A stretch of 64,000 nt of DNA, taken from an uncultured Dehalococcoidia bacterium (lineage in GTDB: Bacteria; Chloroflexota; Dehalococcoidia; Dehalococcoidales; UBA1222). Below, one piece after another: positions 56,913 to 64,000 of the stretch (position 1 is its first letter; the number at the start of each line of letters is the position of its first letter). Position numbers and translations under genes: made by a program. The stretch is taken from positions 6,785 through 70,784 of the forward strand of contig CAIMVG010000021.1 of assembly GCA_903844845.1 (NCBI GenBank), in the 5' to 3' direction. Under the pieces are notes generated by a model that was not told where the DNA came from, searched no databases, and saw only the letters and a list, made by a program, of their open reading frames with translations.

Positions 56913-58166
56913 TTACAGAACCTCCCTTGGGTCGGTGACCATGCCGGTCAGTGCGGTGGCCGCTGCAGTGGCGGGGCTCCCCAGGTAGACGAATGAATTG
57001 GGGTTGCCCATACGGCCTTTGAAATTACGGTTGGCTGTTGACAGGCAGGCCTCGCCGTCCCCGAGCACACCCTGGTGCACTCCGAGGCAGGCGCCGCATC
57101 CCGGCGGGAGGATCATGCCGCCGGCTTCGATGAAGATGCGCATGTAGCCTGCGTCCATGGCCTGCAGGAGTACCCGTTTCGAGGCTGGCGCAACAACGAG
57201 CCTGGTATCAGGGCTGATTTTCTTGTTGCGGAGTATGCTTGCGGCCAGGGCGAAGTCTTCAAGCCTGCCGTTGGTGCAGGTACCCAGGAAGACCTGATGT
57301 ATGCGTACGCCTTTAAGGTCTTTCGCGAGGACGGTGTTATCTACGGTGTGAGGGCGGGAAACCGTAGGTTCCAGTTCCGAGGCGTCTATCTCGATGACCC
57401 GTTCGTAGACCGCGTCCTTGTCTGGTGAAATCGAGCGGTACTGCTCGGCCCTGCCCATCTCGCGGAGCATCTTTTCGGTAGTCTGGTCGGATGGGAAAAC
57501 GCCGATTTTGGCGCCGGCTTCGACTGCCATGTTGGCGATGGTAAGGCGGCCCGACATCGACATGCTTTCGACGGTCTTGCCCCCGAATTCGAGAGCTTTA
57601 TAGGTGGCCCCGTCGGCCCCTATCATTCCGATGACGTGGAGGATCAGGTCCTTGGCGGTCACGAATTGCTGGAACTTGTTTTTAACCTCTATCTTGATGG
57701 TTTCGGGGACCCGGAACCATGTTTTTCCGAGGGCGAAAGCGACGGCGACGTCGGACGAGCCCATCCCGGTCGCGAAAGCGCCCATGGCGCCGGCGGTAAC
57801 TGTATGCGAGTCGGCGCCGACTACTATATCTCCGGGGCGGGCCATGGATTCCGCCACTATCTGGTGGCAGACGCCGGCGCCCACGTCGGAGATGACGCAT
57901 CCCGTGTCCCTCGCGAAACTGCGGAGCAAGAGGTGGTCGGTCGAAAGCTGCGCGTTCGGTGACGGCGCGGCGTGGTCGAGGAAGAGTACAGAGCGCCGCT
58001 TGTCGGCGATTGCGCCGAACCCGCTCGCCTGGTATTCTCTCACGGTCAGCGGACCGGTCGTGTCCTGCACGAAGGCCAGGTCAACCGGGCTGACCACTAT
58101 CTCGCCCGCGCTGACATCGCGGCCGAGCTTCTGGCTCAATATTTTTTCAGCTAATGTTTTGCCCAT
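56913..58166 (-). CDS. leuC: 3-isopropylmalate dehydratase / (homo)aconitase large subunit
   Basis: MGKTLAEKIL, GADSHT, GTCTNGRLED and the Fe-S ligand region PGCGACLG. Confidence 0.88.
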   Translation of the reverse strand: MGKTLAEKILSQKLGRDVSAGEIVVSPVDLAFVQDTTGPLTVREYQASGFGAIADKRRSVLFLDHAAPSPNAQLSTDHLLLRSFARDTGCVISDVGAGVCHQIVAESMARPGDIVVGADSHTVTAGAMGAFATGMGSSDVAVAFALGKTWFRVPETIKIEVKNKFQQFVTAKDLILHVIGMIGADGATYKALEFGGKTVESMSMSGRLTIANMAVEAGAKIGVFPSDQTTEKMLREMGRAEQYRSISPDKDAVYERVIEIDASELEPTVSRPHTVDNTVLAKDLKGVRIHQVFLGTCTNGRLEDFALAASILRNKKISPDTRLVVAPASKRVLLQAMDAGYMRIFIEAGGMILPPGCGACLGVHQGVLGDGEACLSTANRNFKGRMGNPNSFVYLGSPATAAATALTGMVTDPREVL

Positions 58167-58199
58167 AGCGTCCTTTCATAGGCACAATTGATGTTCAAT

Positions 58200-58208
58200 A
58201 TAATATCA
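58200..58208 (-). promoter_or_regulatory. Extended -10 promoter element of leuC (TGaTATTAT)
   Basis: Reverse complement of ATAATATCA at 58200-58208. It lies ~34 nt upstream of the ATG at 58166, with SD AAAGGA in between. Confidence 0.45.
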
Positions 58209-58232
58209 TAAAAGCGATTTTTTATACTCCGG

Positions 58233-58270
58233 GCGACATCGGGCAATATCATTCCGACACTATAAAAAAG
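58233..58270 (-). repeat. Copy B of the conserved upstream element (same orientation relative to leuC as copy A is to hisA)
   Basis: The reverse complement of 58246-58270 equals 11476-11500 (25/25). The adjacent 13 nt match at 10 of 13. It is centred ~62 nt upstream of the predicted leuC TSS. Confidence 0.7.
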
Positions 58271-58362
58271 AGGAGGGACTAAAATTTTACACAGAAGCCG
58301 GCACCTTGCTAAGCGAAAGGCGCCGGGCTTCAATAAATAACATTACATAACGCAATTGAGGT

Positions 58363-59904
58363 TTACAGCGGGATGTTTCCGTGTTTCTTCTGCGGCAATT
58401 TCTGCACCTTGTCGCGCAGCATCTCCAGCGCCTGGATAAGCATCAGCCGGGTCTTGCGGGGGTCGATGATGTCGTCGATATACCCCAGTCCGGCCGCCTG
58501 GAGCGGGTTGTCGAAACGCGCGCGGTATTCCTCAATCAACTTTTTGCGTGTATCTTCCTTGTTGGCAGCCTCAGCTATGACCTTGCGGAAGATGATATTT
58601 ACGGCCGCATCCGCGCCCATTACAGCGATCTCGGCTCCCGGCCAGGCGTAGTTGATGTCGCCCTTAAGATGATGGGAACTCATCGTTATGTATGCGCCGC
58701 CGTAGGCCTTGCGCGTGATAACGGTCAACTTGGGAACGGTTGCTTCAGCATAGGCATAGATAAGCTTGGCACCGTGCCTGATGATGCCGCCGTGCTCCTG
58801 CTCGGTGCCTGGCATGAAGCCGGGAACATCGACGAGGCTGACCAGCGGGATATTGAACGCATCGCAGAACCTGACGAAGCGAGCGGCCTTGACCGACGCG
58901 TTGATGTTGATAGTGCCCGCCAGCACCGAAGGCTGCTGGGCGACGATGCCGACGGAGTTGCCTGCCAGCCGCGCCATGCCGCATACGATGTTGGGGGCGA
59001 AACGTTCCTGGACCTCCATGAAGTCCCCGTTGTCCACGATGGTGTGGATGACCTTTTTCATGTCATACGGCATGCGGGGGTCATCCGGCACGAGGGTGAA
59101 AAGCGATTCCTCGGTGCGGTCGGACGGGTCGTCCGTTTTCACGACCGCCGGTTTGGCGTTGCAGTTCTGGGGGATGAAGCCGAACAGACGCCTTACCTGC
59201 TTGAAGCAGTCGATCTCGCAGTCGCTGAGGAAGTGTGCTACGCCGCTTTTCTGGTTGTGCACCTCGGCGCCGCCGAGTTCCTGATGGCTGACTATCTCGT
59301 TGGTCACCGACTTCACGACATCCGGGCCTGTGATATACATCTGGGTGATGCCTTTGACCGTGAAGATGAAATCGCAAAGCGCGGGCGAGTAAACGGCACC
59401 ACCGGCGCACGGCCCCACAACCACTGCTATCTGGGGAATCGCCCCCGAACAGCGCGCGTTGCGGACCAGCATCTCACCCACGCCTGCCAGGCTGGCAACA
59501 CCTTCCTGGATGCGGGCGCCACCCGAATCGTAGATGCCGATGATGGGCATGCCGCGTTCAAGCGCCCGGTCCATCACTTGCCCGACTTTTTGCCCGACCA
59601 CTTCTGAAATGGTGCCCCCGATGAAAGTGAAGTCCTGGGAGAACACGAACACTGGGCGGCCGTCTATCTCGCCGCTCCCCGTTACCACCGCATCGGAGAA
59701 TTCTTTCTGCTCAGACATGCCGAAATCCGTGGCGCGGTGGGTTATAAACCCGCCTATCTCATGAAAAGTGCCGGGGTCGAGCAGGAGGTCTATCCTCTCG
59801 CGGGCGGTCAGTTTACCCCTGGCATGCTGGGCGGCGTTGCGCCCGTCGGGGCTGGTGCCCTTACGCAGCGCTTCCATGCGGTTGAGTTTATCGTCGATGG
59901 TCAT
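58363..59904 (-). CDS. Acyl-CoA carboxylase carboxyltransferase (propionyl-CoA carboxylase beta / methylmalonyl-CoA carboxyltransferase family)
   Basis: GKLTARERIDLLLD, GGARIQEG and GPCAGGAVYSPA with two crotonase-like halves. Confidence 0.88.
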   Translation of the reverse strand: MTIDDKLNRMEALRKGTSPDGRNAAQHARGKLTARERIDLLLDPGTFHEIGGFITHRATDFGMSEQKEFSDAVVTGSGEIDGRPVFVFSQDFTFIGGTISEVVGQKVGQVMDRALERGMPIIGIYDSGGARIQEGVASLAGVGEMLVRNARCSGAIPQIAVVVGPCAGGAVYSPALCDFIFTVKGITQMYITGPDVVKSVTNEIVSHQELGGAEVHNQKSGVAHFLSDCEIDCFKQVRRLFGFIPQNCNAKPAVVKTDDPSDRTEESLFTLVPDDPRMPYDMKKVIHTIVDNGDFMEVQERFAPNIVCGMARLAGNSVGIVAQQPSVLAGTININASVKAARFVRFCDAFNIPLVSLVDVPGFMPGTEQEHGGIIRHGAKLIYAYAEATVPKLTVITRKAYGGAYITMSSHHLKGDINYAWPGAEIAVMGADAAVNIIFRKVIAEAANKEDTRKKLIEEYRARFDNPLQAAGLGYIDDIIDPRKTRLMLIQALEMLRDKVQKLPQKKHGNIPL

Positions 59905-60009
59905 ATTCGACTGCTCCTTAACAAAGAATATATACTAGCACAGGCCAATTCGTGCAGGCAACCGCCTCTCGTCGAGCACGGGCGGCCTCGCGTCCCGCGC
60001 TTGAGGCGG

Positions 60010-60039
60010 TTGACCCGCCCGAGCGCTTTTAGGTATAAT
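60010..60039 (+). promoter_or_regulatory. Promoter of the nuoE-nuoF-fdhA operon (TTGACC-N18-TATAAT)
   Basis: Hexamers at 60010-60015 and 60034-60039. The -35 is overlapped by the right arm of a 10-bp inverted repeat. Confidence 0.55.
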
Positions 60040-60084
60040 CTAATTTTACCACCCCCCCGGGAATTTCGTTCGGGATTTTCATTG

Positions 60085-60531
60085 ATGCAGCAAATATCAG
60101 ACATCCTGTCCTTCCACCGCGCAGACCGAAGCGATCTTATCCCCATCCTCCACGAGGTGCAATCCAGACTGGGATACATCCCCCCGGAAGCCATGCAGGC
60201 GGCTGCCGACCATGTAGGGATGAGCGCCAGCGAGGTGTACGGGGTGGCCACTTTCTACTCTGCTTTCAAGTTTAAACCCGTAGGGCGCCACTGCGTCAAA
60301 GCATGCCGCGGGACCGCTTGCCATGTCAAAGGTTCCGAAAAGATCCTAGCAGAGATCGAGAAGGCGCTTGGCATCAAAGACGGGGATACGTCTGCGGACG
60401 GGGAATACAGCCTCGAAACAGTCGCCTGCCTCGGTTCATGCGCCCTGGCCCCTGTGCTCGTCGTCGACGAAAGGGTTTACGGCCGGGTCACCCCCGCCAG
60501 GGTAAAAAGCATTTTGCGGGGGGAAAGATGA
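60085..60531 (+). CDS. nuoE: NuoE/HydC-like [2Fe-2S] thioredoxin-fold subunit
   Basis: LIPILHEVQSRLGYIP, CRGTACHVKG and CLGSCALAPV. I prefer the ATG at 60085 over the track start at 59737. Confidence 0.85.
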   Translation: MQQISDILSFHRADRSDLIPILHEVQSRLGYIPPEAMQAAADHVGMSASEVYGVATFYSAFKFKPVGRHCVKACRGTACHVKGSEKILAEIEKALGIKDGDTSADGEYSLETVACLGSCALAPVLVVDERVYGRVTPARVKSILRGER

Positions 60532-62420
60532 ACCTTTCCGGATTGCGCGAGCAGGCGAATAACGCCTGGAAGGCCGTCAACGAACCATCACGCCCACAGG
60601 TGCTGGTCGGGCAGGCCACGTGCGGCGAGGCGTCGGGGGCCGGCGAAGTCAACCATTCTATCCTCGAGACCCTCAAGCGCCTCGGCATCGAGGCCGACGT
60701 TCACAGCGTCGGCTGCATAGGCGCCTGCTACTGCGAACCGCTCGTGGATATCGTCAAGCCCGGCGCTCCCCGCATCTGCTATCACAGCATGACGCCGGCA
60801 CTGGTGTCAGAACTTCTCGAAGATTACCTTGTAAAAGACAACCCCCGCCCCGATCTTGCATTGGGCGTCTGGGGTGAAAGCCGGTTCGGCATCCCCGCTC
60901 TATTCGAACTGCCCATGTTCAAGCCCCAGATGCGCATAGCGCTCCGTAACGCGGGCGTCATCGACCCGGAAAACATGATGCATTACATAGCCCGCGGCGG
61001 CTATACAGGCCTTGAGCGGGCTCTCAAGATGGCGCCCGAAGCAGTTATTGCCGAGATTGAGAAATCGGGCCTGCGCGGCCGCGGCGGCGCAGGTTTCTCC
61101 ACCGGCCTCAAGTGGAAGCTTTGCCGCCAGGCGAAGGGGAGCCCCAAGTACATCATATGCAACGCCGACGAAGGAGACCCCGGCGCGTTCATGGACCGCG
61201 ACCTACTCGAAAGCGACCCGCATGCGGTTTTGGAGGGCATCCTTACCGGGGCGCATGCCATGGGTGCGGCCGAAGGCATCATATATATACGGGCGGAATA
61301 TCCGCTTGCCATCAAACGCCTCGTGAAGGCCATCTCCCAGATGCGCGACATCGGCCTGCTGGGCAAGAACATCCTCGGCTCGGGTTTCGATTTCGATCTC
61401 AGGATAGTCATGGGAGCAGGCGCTTTCGTCTGCGGCGAAGAAACCGCGATGATGAACTCCATCATGGGACGCCGCGGCACCCCCCGCCCCCGCCCCCCCT
61501 TCCCCGCCGAGAGCGGCCTGTGGGGCAAACCGACCAGCATCAACAACGTCGAGACATGGGCCTGCGTTTCGGCCATCATGGAAAAAGGCGCGGACTGGTT
61601 CTCCTCTTTCGGCACCGAAAAGAGCAAGGGCACCAAGACTTTTTCACTGGCGGGGAAGATCAACCGCACCGGCCTCATCGAAGTGCCGATGGGCATCACC
61701 CTCCAGGAGATAATATTCGGTATCGGCGGAGGCATCCCGGGCGGCAAGTCCCTCAAGGCCGTTCAGACCGGCGGACCTTCGGGAGGCTGCATCCCGGCTA
61801 GCATGCTTTCTCTGCCGGTGGATTACGAAGCGCTTACCAAAGCCGGTTCCTACATCGGCTCCGGCGGTATGATAGTCCTCGATGAGGACAATTGCATGGT
61901 GGAGACGGCTCGTTATTTCCTGTCCTTCACCACCAGCGAGTCCTGCGGCAAGTGCGTTCCCTGCAGGCTGGGCACGCGACAGCTGCTCACGATCCTGACC
62001 GACATTACACAAGGCAAGGGCAAGCCGCAAGACATACCCGCCATTTTGGGGCTGGGCAAATCCATGCGCCAGGGTTCGCTCTGCGGCCTGGGGCAGGGGG
62101 CCCCCAACCCCGCCATGACCACTATCGCCTACTTCCGAGAGGAATACGACGAGCATATCAATTCACATGTGTGCCGTGCAGGCGAGTGCCGCGCCCTCAT
62201 CTCTTACACCATAATTGCGGAACGCTGCAAGGGCTGCGCCATCTGCCTGCGAGCCTGCCCCTCTGCCGCTATCACGGGAGAAAAAGGCAAGCCGCATGTC
62301 ATCGACATCTCCAAATGCTCGCAATGCGGCAACTGCCTGGATGTCTGTCCGAAGAAATTCAACGCCGTGGTCAAGGTCCCGGCGGCCGGGCCGGCGGCAG
62401 TGCCCGCCGCGAAAGGGTGA
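60528..62420 (+). CDS. nuoF: NuoF/HydB-like NAD(P)H-binding FMN/Fe-S subunit with a C-terminal 2x[4Fe-4S] ferredoxin domain
   Basis: GRGGAGFSTGLKW, SESCGKCVPCR and CKGCAICLRACP...CSQCGNCLDVCP. The ATG at 60528 overlaps the nuoE stop (ATGA). Confidence 0.88.
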   Translation: MNLSGLREQANNAWKAVNEPSRPQVLVGQATCGEASGAGEVNHSILETLKRLGIEADVHSVGCIGACYCEPLVDIVKPGAPRICYHSMTPALVSELLEDYLVKDNPRPDLALGVWGESRFGIPALFELPMFKPQMRIALRNAGVIDPENMMHYIARGGYTGLERALKMAPEAVIAEIEKSGLRGRGGAGFSTGLKWKLCRQAKGSPKYIICNADEGDPGAFMDRDLLESDPHAVLEGILTGAHAMGAAEGIIYIRAEYPLAIKRLVKAISQMRDIGLLGKNILGSGFDFDLRIVMGAGAFVCGEETAMMNSIMGRRGTPRPRPPFPAESGLWGKPTSINNVETWACVSAIMEKGADWFSSFGTEKSKGTKTFSLAGKINRTGLIEVPMGITLQEIIFGIGGGIPGGKSLKAVQTGGPSGGCIPASMLSLPVDYEALTKAGSYIGSGGMIVLDEDNCMVETARYFLSFTTSESCGKCVPCRLGTRQLLTILTDITQGKGKPQDIPAILGLGKSMRQGSLCGLGQGAPNPAMTTIAYFREEYDEHINSHVCRAGECRALISYTIIAERCKGCAICLRACPSAAITGEKGKPHVIDISKCSQCGNCLDVCPKKFNAVVKVPAAGPAAVPAAKG

Positions 62421-62423
62421 AAC

Positions 62424-64000
62424 ATGGCGCAAACCGTTAAGTTCACTATCGACGGCAAACAGGTGACCTCAACCGAAGGCACGACTGTGCTGGAAGCGGC
62501 CCTGTCGGCCGGCATCTTCATACCGAACCTGTGCTTCCACCCGGACCTCGAGCCCTACGGCGGATGCCGTATGTGCATCGTAGAAATCCAGGGGATGCGC
62601 GGCATGCCGACATCCTGCACCATAAAAGTGGCGGAAGGCATGATCGTAAAGACCTTCGGCCCCGAGATCGACAAGACGCGCCGCGACGCCCTCCAGCTTC
62701 TGCTCGCCAATCATCCCACCGACTGCCTCGCCTGCGTCAAGAACCAGCGCTGCGAACTCCAAAAAGTGGCCGCCTACATGGGGGTCACGGAGCGGACCAT
62801 GCAGCGCACCGCCCGCCCGCAGGCAGTCGACGAATCTAACCCGTTCTTCAAGCTCGACCGCAACTACTGCATCCTGTGCGCACGGTGCACCAGGACGTGC
62901 AACGAGATAACCTGCGTGAACGCCATCGACCTGGTAAGCCGCGGCGACGAAACCCGCGTCAGTCTTTTTCAGGACCAGCAGTTCATGGAATCCATTTGCC
63001 GTTCCTGCGGCGAGTGCGTGGCGCGCTGTCCCGTGGGCGCACTCGTGTCCAAGAATACGGTCATCCCCTCTTCCGAAGTACTCACGACCTGCTGTTATTG
63101 CGCTGTCGGCTGTTCAATGTACCTTGGGGTGCGCGACGGCAAGATTGTTTCCGTCAGGGGCAACAGCGAGGGAAAATCCAATAAAGGGAAGCTCTGCGTT
63201 AAGGGGCGTTTCGGCATCGCCGAATTTGTCACCCACCCCGACCGCCTCACATCTCCCCTGGTTAAAGGAGAGAACGGCCAGGTACAGGCGTCCTGGGACG
63301 ACGCTCTCCAAATCGTCGCCGACAGGTTTAAAACCTACTCTCCCGATGAGATAGCCGTTGTCGCCTCCGCCCGTACCACCAACGAGGACGTTTACGCCGT
63401 GCAGAAGCTGGCAAGGGCGGTGCTGGGCACGAACAACGTGGACAATTGTGCCCGCCTCTGACATGCTCCAACGGTGGCCGGTCTGGCCACCCAGTTCGGT
63501 TCAGGTGCCATGACTAACTCCATCGGGGATTTCAAGGACTCCGCCTGCCTGCTTTCCATCGGCGCCAATACCACGGAAGCCCATCCCGTAATCGGGTTCG
63601 AGATGAAACAGGCAGTCAAACGCGGGGCCAAGCTGATAGTCATCAACCCCCGTAAGGTGGGTCTTGTACGGCATGCCGACCTGTGGCTCAGGCCGAAGAG
63701 CGGCACCAACGTGCCGCTCATCATGGCGATGTGCCGCGTCATCCTCGAAAACGGCTGGCACGACGAAGCGTTCATGGCCGCACGGTGCGAGAACCTAGAG
63801 GCGTTCAAGGAGTCACTGGAGCAATACGACCTCGAAAGCGTAAGCCGCATCACCGGTGTGCCGGCCGAAGACATCAAAGCCGCTGCCTGCATGTACGCGA
63901 AGAACACCCCCGCCGCCATCAGCTACGCCATGGGAATCTGCGAATTCAGCCACGGCACCGACGGCGTCATGGCCGTCGGCAACCTGGCCATGCTTACAGG
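62424..64000 (+). CDS. fdhA: Selenocysteine-containing formate dehydrogenase alpha subunit (NuoG-like N-terminal Fe-S domains + Mo/W-bisPGD domain); 3' end outside window
   Basis: 2Fe-2S and 4Fe-4S motifs are present (CRMC, CILCARCTRTC, CRSCGECVARCP, CCYCAVGC). TGA at 63459-63461 sits in [28 protein letters not shown], where FDH has the Sec/Cys Mo ligand. The frame stays open to the window end. Confidence 0.9.
63473..63491 (+). promoter_or_regulatory. SECIS-like hairpin (GGTGGCC-GGTCT-GGCCACC), 11 nt downstream of the in-frame TGA
   Basis: Perfect 7-bp stem with a GGUCU loop. The spacing and G/U-containing apical loop resemble the bacterial fdhF-type SECIS. Confidence 0.75.

Noticed and set aside
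59737-60084. N-terminal extensions of track ORFs: 59737 for nuoE, 60303 for nuoF, 29740 for coaX, 23871 for plsY, 45194 for udg, 53881 for uvrB and 28319 for nnr.
   Set aside because: The extensions overlap upstream genes or promoters and carry no family-conserved sequence. Internal starts reproduce the canonical N-termini.
1-64000. Search for tRNA, rRNA, tmRNA, RNase P, CRISPR repeats, transposases, integrases and phage genes.
   Set aside because: T-loop-like GGTTCGAA strings occur only inside coding regions (for example 4988 and 13927). I saw no regularly spaced direct repeats and no recombinase or transposase motifs. Absence is by eye only and should be confirmed with tRNAscan-SE, Infernal or minced.

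Overview
Densely coding 64 kb window with about 64 CDS on both strands. I recognised no rRNA, tRNA, CRISPR array, transposase or integrase. All calls rest on motif recognition by eye from the supplied ORF track; no search was run.

Housekeeping content:
- rimO (partial), hisA-hisI, rplU-rpmA-rpmE.
- recA-recX-rny-ymdB, plsY, nnr-coaX-coaBC, valS, secA, prs, glyA.
- udg, rnj, ftsK, degV, uvrB.
- leuC-leuD-icd-mdh, plus an acyl-CoA carboxyltransferase.

The gene content and order suggest an uncultured anaerobe-type Chloroflexota (Dehalococcoidia-like) genome. That is inference only.

Most notable observations:
1. An hgcA-hgcB mercury-methylation pair (17212-18483, minus strand) carries the published signature motifs. 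It apparently heads an operon that continues into folP-folK-PTPS/QueD and two tandem paralogous small exported proteins of unknown family.
2. A single 933-aa polypeptide fuses cbb3 oxidase subunits CcoN, CcoO and CcoP (2334-5135). It sits in a compact operon with ccoS and unknown membrane or secreted proteins.
3. A selenocysteine (in-frame TGA 63459-63461 plus SECIS-like hairpin) formate dehydrogenase lies next to NuoE/NuoF-like subunits.
4. A 25-nt identical (about 38-nt similar) element lies upstream of both hisA and leuC, at positions one helical turn apart relative to extended -10 promoters.
5. hisA has no canonical start codon upstream of its conserved N-terminus. rplU may start at ATT or be leaderless. 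Several other first genes look leaderless.
6. Two accessory-looking, AT-richer stretches (5970-6350 and 9715-11560) hold hypothetical genes, a toxin-like remnant and an unusually long structured leader.

I see no clear-cut new multi-gene defence or mobile system. The best candidates for something undescribed are the extended hgcAB operon and the fused oxidase cluster.
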